Source: Octopus bimaculoides | Taxonomy: Eukaryota | Reading direction: 5' to 3' | Length of the DNA: 64,000 nt | NCBI RefSeq assembly: GCF_001194135.2 | Contig: NC_068982.1 | Span: 161,602,799 to 161,666,798 of the forward strand | Shown: positions 50,231 through 61,447 of the stretch, in pieces | How positions within the stretch are numbered: the first letter of the stretch is position 1 | How the letters are laid out: every line of letters starts with the position of its first letter | Translations under genes and position numbers: made by a program | The notes under the pieces: generated by a model | Database searches by the model: none | Told to the model about the DNA's origin: nothing | What the model saw: the letters and a program-made list of their open reading frames with translations, nothing else

Positions 50231-51812
50231 CATATATATATACACACACACACACATAATTATCAAAGCTCAGTCACCCCTCCATTAAATACATCCATTT
50301 ATTTTCAATGGATTTGGATTTCAGTGTTGTTATCCTTGCCTCTTTTGACAAGAATTGTTAAAGTTAATTTTTATTTGGATTACTACATCTCTTTAGAGGA
50401 GGGTCACTATATTAAGTATGTTAGTCACCACTAAACATATACAATTCTTATAAGTTGAAACTTTATACCGGTTCTTCCGAATTTTGCGTAAATTATTACA
50501 CACAAACACATACATACATACGAAGCGTGATGGTATAGGGACAAAGATGTAAGAAAAGGAACATATATGCAAGCGCACAAAATATACGGATAGAGGAAAT
50601 GAAATACTGAGCCATTTATGTCCCTAAGAAAGGCATTAGCGAAGCAAAATAAATGACAGTTGCAGCTAGTTGAAACCGCCACGCAAACTTGATATTTTCA
50701 AGCACCGAACACTTCCTATATAGAGTTAGCAATAACTTTAGATAGGTTTGTTTGTTTCTGTGCAACGAACCCAAAGTATAAACTCATGTGAATCAATTGC
50801 ATCAATGCCTCAACTATGAACAGGAAGTATTTCAGTGAAAGTGAAAGGAGTTTTTAACTGTGAATCGGCAAAAGAATCTGCCTTCGCTAGCCGAAAGTTA
50901 TACAACGGCTAAAGGAAGAAGCACTGCAAATTATCTATACATGAACTTAGCTAATATTATGTAATTAAACAACAAAAACAATTTATATAGATCAATATAC
51001 AATTTAAAATCTTAAATAAAAATTGGGTATATAATCCGGAATGAATCTTGTGGGATATATTTTTTTTTATAACAGGACAATAAGCAGAGCTGATACCTGC
51101 AAAATATACATAGGCTCTTTCCCATTATATAAACCGTATATAGAATGCCTTTATATATTTATATATATATATATATATCGTAAGTCAGTATTGAAAAAAA
51201 AAATCAATATTCATAATTTATACTTCTTATACCGACCGGTCTTCAATATTTGTAATGCATTCAACGATACTGAAGCTATTAAAATGAAACTATGTTATTA
51301 GAATCGTATAACTATGCGTTATAGATTATTCACTGGCACTGAAATAATGTTGTAATGAGTTTATAAATACAGCACCATGCTCGCTTGCCCTCTTTTAATG
51401 ATTAAAAACAATATAGTTCGGCTTTCTCAACTGCATTGAAATTATAAACACTCGAGTAAAGCTGTTAACATTTAATTCGAAAAAAAAAAAAAAAGAAGTC
51501 TAAACAACTATGAAAGTTGAATAAAAGAAACCGAGAAACAACAGTGTATAATTCGAAACTAATCTAATGTTTATAAGTTAGAATATTCAGGAACAAAATA
51601 AATTAGAAAATAAAAGGTAAATCACTAATTCCATAGAACACGTGCTTTTAAAATATCTTGGTTGGAGATTTCGTTAAGAAAGGAAGAGGTAAAGGTGTAA
51701 ATGAAACAGTATTTTAAAATGGGATTAGTGAAACAAAATGGAATATGTATAAAGGAAATCTTGATGGATAGATACAGACGATGAGGAGTTAAGTTGTAAT
51801 TAAATTACGCAC

Positions 51813-51855
51813 CAAGCGGTAACAACTGGGAAGGATTGGTAAAAGTAGTCGCCAT
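51813..51855 (-). CDS. LSM5: LSm5 exon 1 (coding part), MATTFTNPSQLLPL-(E)
   Basis: Minus strand reads cggtc ATG GCG ACT ACT TTT ACC AAT CCT TCC CAG TTG TTA CCG CTT G|gtgcgt. NPSQLLPL is the LSm5 N-terminal signature. The phase-1 end joins exon 2 in frame (G+AA=Glu). It lies in the CpG-rich zone. Confidence 0.95.
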
Positions 51856-52019
51856 GACCGTCTTATAATGTCCCTTTGTTATACACAGCAGCCACCACTC
51901 GTTATGCTAATATATATACATTTGAGAGAGAAATAATGCTACACACACAAATACTACGGATGATCGAAATGGTAACAAACAGGAAAATTGCGCTCAAACA
52001 TGCCGCATGATTAACAAGC

Positions 52020-52240
52020 TATATAGTTTGGACCCCAAGTCAGCTTTCATCAAGCAAACCTATGATCAAAGGCATTCCAACCATGACCATCTTATTTTTC
52101 TTTCAGATATAATGTAAATAGAGGTATATGATTAAATATATCCATTTTTAAAAATTGGTTGAGTATAATTTGCATAAATTTAATTTCTATTTCTAGCCCC
52201 GCGTATATGACCACATAGAGGCTTCCTTGTAGGATTCTAA
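52020..52240 (+). repeat. Representative of an abundant unclassified about 220-bp interspersed repeat
   Basis: Motifs ccccaggtcagc..cctatgatcaaaggcattcca.ccatgaccatc and gatttggctgctatttctagcaggtcga..gacc recur about 20 times in the window. Confidence 0.7.
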
Positions 52241-52929
52241 TGAGTTGCACTAGATTACTCTTTGACTGGAGGAATCCAGAAAAACAGTTCCTTCTCTTTG
52301 TTAGCTCTTTTATTCTTCATTAATTTACGGACGCGGGAAAAGAGATGTTTTTTTAAAATTTATATTGAAAACAAAAAAAAGAATTCGTTATGTCACACTA
52401 TTTATAATACCTACTATACATAGAAGTAAGTTAAACTACATACTACTACTACCTCTAAAACTGGAGAACTCAATACGTTTATACAGTGAAGACTTGGAAC
52501 ATTATTGTATTTGTGAAAAGTAGACAATTAAATCTGACGTCATACATTGTCAGAAAAGGTATCCTGCAGAGCAGTTGATTGTCAGTACTTGTCTTCAGTC
52601 TTTTGTGAAATCTCTTGTCACACATGCTTGAAGAACCAGGGAGTCTCTACTGAGCTATCAAAGGAACCTCTGTGTGATTGCTTGGCCTGTTAGAAATAAA
52701 CATCAACCACATCTCCCTCAAATTACATTCTACCATCTTCAAGAAAAAAGAAGGATACAGTGCACAATGTCGTCAAAGTACATTATGCCCAAAACAGATG
52801 AGATGATCACAGCTGGAGTGCCTTTGACCATGGGTCCAGTCAATCAGGGTTGACTTGAGGTTTAACAACATAGGATGAACTTTGGTAGCTACGAAATACA
52901 CTATGTCCCTTCTTTCTAGCAACACCATA

Positions 52930-53830
52930 GAACATGAAATATACTCTCTTCTATTTTACTGGTGAACCAGTGAACACAAACTAACTACTTACACAGAAGG
53001 CATAAATACTAACAGTTACATACAAGTTCACAACATTCACAATATACACAGTAACATAGTAAACAATGCAAACTGATTCACAAACTTAACCCTTTGGCAG
53101 TCAGATTACTCTGTCAGATACAATGCAAACTGATTCACACCATTTTGAATTAATCATGTAATATCTTGTATCTTTGAGATTTTGATGATATGATTGTTTA
53201 GTTTTAGAATGTCATTGTAGTGTAGGTGTGAGAGGCCAGATGTGGCTGATTTGAACATAAAAGAGGTAGATTATTTGAGTTGGATATGATCGGTTTAAAT
53301 ACAAAAGGGTTAAATAAATGATAAGTACCACAATTAGCTATTGGAAAGAGACAACAATGGTGTACAAGCAATACATTACATCTACTATGGACTTTGCTAG
53401 TCCTACCTGGGTACCAATTTCTGTATAGCAAACCACAATAACTACCAAGTACACAAAACAGGGCATTACACATTATAAGAGGTTGTACAAAGACTAACTG
53501 CATCCACAAATCATCAACACACGTAAACACAAACATGCAAAAAATTAAATTCCACCTGGACTTGTGAGGAGTACAGCTTATTGCTACAAGTACCTCCTCC
53601 CCTCACACATACACTGTTGTTACTATCTGATAGAAAAACACACAAACAACATCCCAGGTCACTGCTATCACACTATCCTAAAAACACTATCTTTCTCACT
53701 CAGCTCAGACAAATGTAAAGAAACACTTCCGAAAAATAACTGCAACATCACCAACCTTAAGCATTGTATTAGGATGCACAGCACCCACAATAAATGGAAA
53801 GAAATAGAAGTTGCCACACTCTGACCAAGT
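52930..53830 (+). mobile_element. Jockey/I-like LINE remnant interrupted by a piggyBac-type MITE
   Basis: ILTVTY..TF before the MITE. YKQYITSTMDFASPTW and QNRALHIIRGCTKT after it. Confidence 0.65.
53090..53309. mobile_element. piggyBac-type MITE, second copy (220 bp)
   Basis: TTAA|CCCTTTGGCAGT ... AATACAAAAGGG|TTAA. The interior is homologous to 28748-28962, and a partial third copy lies at about 8927-9012. Confidence 0.85.
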
Positions 53831-55676
53831 CCATTTTGTTTGCTTCTCTTGCAGTCTTTACCAAAATGTTCAGGTGTACAAAAATAGGCTGATATTGAAG
53901 AAAATATAACATGTTTAGACTGGTTATTAATTAAATGGAGATATGATATAACTAGGTAGTACCTCAATGTTTAGCTGACCATCTTTATGTTATAGGGCTA
54001 TTTGATCAAAACTAACTTGAGGGTACACAACAACATAGTATTTACAGAATTGGAAACTTCTTTTTTTTTTCTTTGTTTAGGCCAAATACTAGTTGCATCA
54101 AAAAGAAATTGTGGCATATTCTATAAACATTAGAATGAAATTTGCTTTCAGATCTGCATTTTTAGTGGTGTTATAAGATAAACTCAAGTGCTATATAAAA
54201 AAACAATGGAACTAAACACGATTGGCTTAATGCAGCCAAGCAAAAACTACAAGTATGTTAGATAAGATAAAAATAAGTTTGATGGTGCCATTAGCAAGAT
54301 GACAAGAAATGAATGCTTCAAGAGAATGAAGAAAGTGTGGCTGTCAGAACTTTCAGCCTGCCACAAATGTGATTTGATGGAGATTTGCAAGTTATTCTGA
54401 GTAAGTTGAGCAATTACCTAGAACCATTTTAATTGACAATCCTCATTGGATTGCCAACAACATGGGTTTCAATCCCTGCTTGAATCCATTTAGCTTTCCT
54501 GTACATCATTATTGCCCATGAGAAAGGCACAAACCTCACAGTTTCACTTCTTTTAAGTCTCATCTAAATCTGATATCCTCGTCGTCATCACCATCATCAT
54601 CATTTAATGTCCATTTCCCATACTGGCAAGGACTGGACAGCAGTGCACCAAGCTCAAATGTTAGCTCTGGCATGGTTTCTATGGCTGGATGCCCTTCCTA
54701 CCACCAATACACACTTTACAGTGTGTACTGGTGCCTTTTTGTGTGAAGTTGTGAAGTTTCCGGGTAACTTGCAAGACAAGAAAAGAACAAGAAAAGGGAA
54801 AATGAATGGGATGAGAAGCTTTAGAGCAGGAGTGGGGCTAAGGGGGTAAGTAATATGTGTCAATTCTACTCTCAAGTGATTTCAGCAGATTAGTGCCATA
54901 GATAGAGGAGTAATGCTTACTAGAAAGGGTACTGGTGCTGGTATCATTGTAACAATGAGGTTGGCCATTGTAATAAGAGTTAAGACTGCAACTTGGCCTT
55001 GTTACTGCTGGAACAAGAAGTTAATTAAGAAGCAAAAATCCTCGTGATACGAAAGGTAAAATGCATTCTTGATTGGATTAAATGAAAGAACCATTCTTGA
55101 ACTTCACAAGTAATGTAATGCCAATTCAGAACTAGGTAAGAATTCACCAATAAGATGCTTTGGTTGAAGCAGTACCTAAATGAAGAATGAGTACATATTA
55201 TCTTGCCTTGTCACATTCCATCTGTAGAAGATAAATTAAAATGTACGAGAGAATTTTTTATGCCACTTAGGTTTACTTCTTGTGCAAAAGCAAGTCGTGC
55301 ACATGTTATGCAACTTAATAACTATGAGGTACCCGGTTGCTCCTCTAAGGCATTTGATTCTTTGGGCCACATGTAGCAAAATTTATGTGCTCTCAACACA
55401 GAGATGTGTCTAGCATGAAGTCTGGCAATCAATGAGAGAGAGGGCAGGGATCTGCGTCTCTTCAATATATAGTCCTGAGACCTTAACGCTCCATGGTAAC
55501 TAACTTACGTTCTAGAACAATCCCTGGCTCATTGGGATTAGTAAAAGGGACATGAGTCCAACTTCTTGGAAGCTTCTAGAATGTTTGCCATGGGAGATCA
55601 TTGTGGATAACTCCCATGACTTGCCAATGTAAAATAGGCAATAATAAACCTGTTTTGAATTATGTAATTCCTAAAC

Positions 55677-55940
55677 CATGTAAAAAGCACTGGTGTTGGT
55701 GCCACATAAAAAACACTGGTGTTGGTTCCACATAAAAAACATTGGTGCTAGTGCCATGTAAAATGCACTGATACTGGTGCCACATAAAAAGCATTTGGTA
55801 AATTCTGTAAAGTGGTTGGCATTAGGAAGGGCATCCAGCTATAGAAACCAAACCAAAATAGATCTGGAACCTCGTGCAGCTCCTATAAACCGTCCAGCCC
55901 ATGCCAGCATGAAAAACAGTCATTAAATGATAATGATGTT
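55677..55940 (+). mobile_element. Short non-autonomous element: about 26-28-bp tandem array (ggtgccacataaaaaacact..) plus V-domain-like motif plus GAT tail
   Basis: About five tandem units precede gtggttggcattaggaagggcatccagctatagaaacc. Related copies occur at about 19650-19850, 23085-23365, 36872-37090(-), 37625-37860(-), 49790-49960, 54590-54740(-), 59070-59250, 62450-62650 and 63913-64000(-). Confidence 0.75.
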
Positions 55941-56569
55941 GAGAGACTACAGTATGATCAGGCGGCAGGCACAGGTGTTTTGCTACAGAGGAGAAACATG
56001 GTTACCACTCATTATATGAGATGATGGCAGTAGGTGGAAAGAGAGTAGAGATTGTGGTGACAAAATTCCAGGGTAGCTCAAGGTACAAGAAGAGAAGATA
56101 CAGTGGACCTGGGAAAGGGGAGAGGTAATTTCATAAGAATGTGAGGGGAGAGTAACAGATGGTTAAAGATAGGGGTAGAGGTGAATGTAATGAGTGATGA
56201 ATGAGGGTAGCAGTGCAGTTGATGGGATGTACCAGTATGAAGAGGGGGGTATAGTGGGAGAGATAGAAATGGCTCAGAAAAGATAAAAGATAGGAAAGTA
56301 TGGATTTGATGTGCAAGGTATAGTGGCAGAGTGTGTTGAAAATGATAGCAGATGTGAGAAGTATTAGAACAGAGTATGGCTGGAGAAAGTGTGATGGCTG
56401 AAGGTATAAGAAGGTGAATGGTGGATTTCTGTGAGAAGGGATGATAATGCAAATGAGAGAAGGAAGTGGTTTCTGAGGAAGAGAAAGGTAACTGGAAAGC
56501 ACAAAGAAAGCAATTAAGTAATACGAGGTGATATCCAAAAGCTCCCAAACTAGTTATGCCTAATAAAAG

Positions 56570-56940
56570 ATAAATAACTTATTTACATAAGCTTTAACAT
56601 CATCTCCTTCAAAATAGTCACCTTGTGCAACAATACACCAGTCCCAGAATTCCCGCCACTTTTAGAAGCCAGCTTGGAAGTTGTTTTCTGTAAGCTGGTT
56701 ATGGACCTTCTGTAATTTGCTCTGAATCTCGACAACGGTGTTAAAATGATGGCCTTTGAGTTGTATTTTCATCTTGAGGAAGAGATGGAAGTTTACAGGT
56801 GCTAAATCTGGTGAACAGTGCAGGGGTGGAAGAGATACCATGTTGTTTTTGGCAAGAAACTTAAGACTGAGGAGAGCTTGATGACAATATGTCTTGCTGT
56901 CATGAAGAGTCCAATTCTTCATGCTCCACATATCACTTTC
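56570..56940 (-). mobile_element. mariner (DD34D-type) transposase C-terminal remnant
   Basis: ORF 56662-56931 reads WTLHDS..FLAKNNMVSLPPLHCSPDLAPVNFHLFLKMKIQLKG.., then *KWREFWDWCIVAQGDYFEGD. Confidence 0.88.
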
Positions 56941-56999
56941 ACCAAATGCCCTCCCTCAAACACTTCAAAGTATCATTAATTGTCTTCTGATGATCCTAA

Positions 57000-57560
57000 T
57001 GCACCTTGTATGTGCCAATTCTGCTCTTAAGTGATTTCAGATGAGTAATGCCACAGATTGAGAAATAATGGCTCTGAGGGGATGAAATGTAGGGAATGCT
57101 TCACAAGGTACAAAGGGTAGAAGACCAGGTCCCCACATGTACGAGAATAACCAAGGTATTGAGTGTAAGTATATATTTTTTTTAAGGGACAGACACTGTT
57201 GCATGTAGTACACTGTGAAGGTAGAGTGTTTGTGGGCTCAAATACTGATATGCGAATCCTTGCCAATGATCCAATGGATTTCTTTTAGATGCTGTCGAGG
57301 ATGTTTTTTGTGTGTAGTAGTAATAGGACCATTTCCAAATGTGGAAGCATTATTTCACTGTAGGTCTTACTTGAGCTTTGTAGAGCATCAGCAGTTGTTT
57401 GCGTATGAAGTGTTTTCAGGCTAGAAAAAGGAAAGTTAATCTTTGGAGTGATGTTTTTGCTGTCATGTAGGTAAGACCACAAATGATGTAAGAATGAGCT
57501 GAAGCATTGGCAGTGATCTGTAGCAATGTCAATTACCTTGTTCGTAGGACATTTTACATC
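57000..57560 (-). mobile_element. CR1/L2-like LINE RT C-terminal remnant
   Basis: Minus frames give LYKAQVRPTVK*CFHIW and HPRQHLKEIHWIIGKD, matching the LYKAQVRP..EYC.HIW motif. Confidence 0.7.
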
Positions 57561-59364
57561 CCTTATATTAAAATAATTACAGTGATAGTTTTTCAAAACA
57601 CAGACACTTACACATGTGTGTGCACACACATTCACGCATGCACACACACACACATACACACACACACACATTTATCAAACTTATTACATATATTGAAAAT
57701 CATGAGTTGATTTTGAATGCTAAGCATGAACCAAATCTCCAGTCAACAACATCCATTTTATGAATTCACAAAGAAGACATCTATTGATGGAAAATAGCAG
57801 ACATCAGCAAAGAGCTTAGTGAGAAAGAAAAAGCAGAAAAGAAGGATAATAGAATGACAGACCTGTTGTTTTGTTCTAGAAGTTGTTGTTTTATTGTAAA
57901 GTTATTGAAATAAAAGATTTTCTTGAGATGTAATGCCCATGAAATCAATAATAGTTTTATACTTTTTGTTTTGAAATGCTTCTGGCTAAGTAAAATAAAC
58001 TTTCAAGACAATCTTATAAAATTGTCGTTTTCTGGGTTTTATTTTCTTTTAATATCTCTATCTAGGCAATTATAGAATAAATACACAGACACACAGACAT
58101 AAGTTTTTTTTCTCTTAATTTCTTATTTCAGATTAGCAAATTTATTCATGTAATGTTTAATTTTTTAAATATTTATTTCACTTTCTGTGTAATCTCCCAA
58201 GAAATAAAAAGCTTATTTTTGTTGTGATAGTATTAACTGTTTATCCTTTATTTGGCTTACTTTTTTAAATACTTTTCCAATGATTTGAACAGTTGGGAAA
58301 TGATAAAAAAAATAAAATCTGAATATAATATCATAGGAATTTACTAGCTCTGTGGTTAGCAGGCTGGATTGCTAGCATACTTGAACCATGGTGAAAAGAA
58401 ACAAAATTATTCCTCACGTGGTGCAATTTATCCTCACATAATTATTACACTGTATGTTCTTTCAGCTTACATGTTAATAATATGGTAGGTTGTGTAGCAA
58501 AATAGGATGTGATTGATTCTCCTGTGATAAACAACAGATGTAGATTCTGCAATTTCTTGCTGAAAATCTTGCACAGATGATATGTTTATAGTGATGAAAT
58601 GTTTCTTCTATACATTAGCTTGCTTCTTGTACAGATGCATAGTATACCTCACATCAAATATCGATATGATCTCAGAGCAATGCAAAATAAAGTGTTTTGC
58701 TCCAGAACACAATGTACCACTAATTGTGAGTGCAGCACCCTTACCACTAGGCCATTATATATACACATCAAAACAATCTTTTTGAAAGACATTGTTGTTT
58801 ACGATCTGACAAGTCTATACCAATATGTACTCTCACCATAATTCAATAGGCAACTAATCATCTCACATATAAAAAAAAAACATGTCCAAACCTTACCAAG
58901 TGCAATACCATAATCTCACAAGATATATTGAGATATAAAGCTACCTCACTGGTGCTGGTGTTACAATAAAATGTACCCAATACCTTCTATAAAGAGGTTG
59001 GCAAAGAAGCAAGGATAGTATTGGGTGAAGAGGACTGCTTAGTCTTGTCAAAAACATGACAACCACTCCATTGGTGGTGTCTTGATAAAAAGGCATCTAG
59101 TACACACTGTAAAGTGGCTGGCAGATGCATAGGAACAATATCTAGTTGAGAGAACATGACAACATCACTTATAGTGATGCCACAATAAGCTCATTCACTA
59201 CACTCTGTAAAGTGGATGGTGACAGGAAGGGCATCCAGCTGTTGAGACTATGCCTAGAGTGAGATATGGCCCTCTGATCTATCAAGGAGGACAGTTACTC
59301 AGAATAAGGACTGACTTGAGCTATATTGAGCCAACCAATCTAGGCAAGTATGGGAAAATAGACG

Positions 59365-59475
59365 AAAATGATGATGATGATGATGATGACAACGGTGATG
59401 ATAATGATGATGATGATGATGACAGTGACAATGACACTGGTGACAGCAATGATGACATTGATGACGACAAAGATT
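59365..59475. repeat. Degenerate (GAT)n low-complexity tract
   Basis: gatgatgat/gacaat repeats; source of the poly-Asp, poly-His and poly-Ile pseudo-ORFs. Confidence 0.9.
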
Positions 59476-61391
59476 ATGGTTATAATAAGGATGATGCACA
59501 ATTGGAAAGAGAAATAAAATTTATTATCCTTCACCTGTTTTTTGAGAATGGTCTAAAAGCCAAACAATTTCATATTTCCTTTCTGAATAAAAACTTCTTG
59601 CTTTCATGTAAATAAACATCTGCTATTACTTACTGGAGTGGATGACTGACTGGTAGATTTTATTTTTCTCTGAAACCCAAATGTGTAATAAAGTTGTTAC
59701 CCACAAGTGTATGTTGTAACAAAATAAAACACTGTTCAATGAGAGTATATTTGTAGCAAGATATTCACTGTGTAACATAAATATTTCTAATATAGGCATG
59801 AACGATATCTATTTGTAAATATTTCTCTTCCATAAATACAAATTATATCTGTTTGGAGATATTTTCCTTACATAGGCATAAATTATATCTGTTTCAAGAT
59901 TATATTTCCATAGACATTAATTTCAGACTTCTTCATATTTTCTCAACAATTAGATTTTTTTTTTTATTTATCATTACATTTTTTCACATCAATATATTGA
60001 TATTTATCTTAAGTACATTGAGAAACATTTCGTTTTTTTATCAAGTGGGACACAACCTATTAAATCTACCACAGAACTTCATTGGTACTTATTTCTATTA
60101 GTTCTTGGGATATGAAAAGCAAAATTGCCTCAGATTTTGTTAAATTTCTTCCTGAATGCAATTTTTGTAATCACCATCAGATTTTACCTCAAAATTATAT
60201 ACAACATTTTAAAAAAATAATCTGGGGAAAATTTTTAAAACTTCAACTGGATGGAAAGAATTGAAGAAAACTTGTCAACTCAACTTGGGAAACATTTTGA
60301 GGTCAAAATGTAAGGAACATGAGGATAGAGAACAATTATTTCAATCAATACCAGTACTTTATTGATACTTGATTTAATTTGATTGGGAAGATGAAAGGTA
60401 AAGTTGATCCACAAAGAATATGAACTTAGAATGGAAAGAAAGGTCTGTAACTTAAATAGAATAGCAAGACATTTTGATTCTGCCATTTGTTATTTTTGAA
60501 TATGTATTATTAACAGGTTTAAATGAATATAGTTGGCCTAGTAGATAACCTGTTTTCACCACTACTACTATAGCTACCACCAGCACCACAACCACCACCT
60601 GAAGATCAAACAGAAATATTCCTTTAAACAAACACAATGGGAATTATATGTCACATCACTTAAGTTGTTAAAATGTCTTTAATCAAGGTTCAGTCAATCA
60701 AGATGTCAAGGAATAATTACTTCCTGATCCCAGAGGTCATGTAAATGTTGTAAGTGACATCTCTTTGACATAGACTGAAGAAGTAAAAGAAGTAAAAAAA
60801 TACAACTTTCACTAAGGCATTGAACTTCCTTCTACTGTGGAAAGTGTTGATACTTGAAGGTTTATGCTACATTATGTAGTAAAATACAAAGATATCATCA
60901 TTGTTTAACATTCTTTAAATAATGTTCTGTGGTACCACATGGTGTTATAGTAGTATACTACGCATTAGTATTCAGTAGTACTACATAGTTTTTATTGTGT
61001 TTAATGGTACTACATGATAGTACTGCTAAAAAAAAAAAAAAGATTTGGTAAAATATCAAGAAAATTCAGAGAACACAAAACTCATGTCACAGAAATGTTG
61101 GATAGTGTACAGCAAGCATTTAGTCTAATTAAATTCAATGTTATTACTTATGCAGTAATGAGATTTACATCAGTATTTTGATTTAAATATGAATAGGTAA
61201 AAGTGGGGAGTCTCAGGTGTATCGGTTTTCTGTGATGATGGATCGTTCTGGGTCAATTGGTAGGGAAAGAGCTAGGAGATAAATATGTCAGAAGATGTAT
61301 GGACCATTGCCCTCAACTGAAAGAGGTATGAAACAACTGAAGAAGAAATGTTTTCAAGAAAGAGGTTTTAATGGTTTAAAAACTTATTTTC

Positions 61392-61447
<56 letters not shown>

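Larger units (their letters stand above)
15149..51812 (-). other. LSM5: LSM5 intron 1 (phase 1, about 36.7 kb, contains four assembly gaps)
   Basis: Bounded by the gtgcgt donor after exon 1 and the ctatag acceptor before exon 2. No nearer exon-1-like sequence was seen. Confidence 0.8.
50040..52560. promoter_or_regulatory. CpG-retaining promoter / first-exon region of LSM5
   Basis: CG dinucleotides are visibly frequent here but depleted in most non-young sequence elsewhere. Contains the LSM5 ATG, a palindromic TGACGTCA (CRE) at 52535-52542 and CACGTG at 51639-51644. Confidence 0.65.

Noticed and set aside
52559-52567. Plus-strand U12 donor
   Set aside because: GTATCCTGC deviates from GTATCCTTT at +8/+9, and no branch site or exon partner was found.
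56078-56548. 156-aa and 135-aa minus-strand ORFs
   Set aside because: Purine/pyrimidine-skewed repeat family also seen at about 21830-22400 and 62280-62420. No protein-like motifs.
59250-59615. Acidic poly-Asp ORF and the poly-His/poly-Ile antisense ORFs
   Set aside because: Translation of a (GAT)n microsatellite tail.
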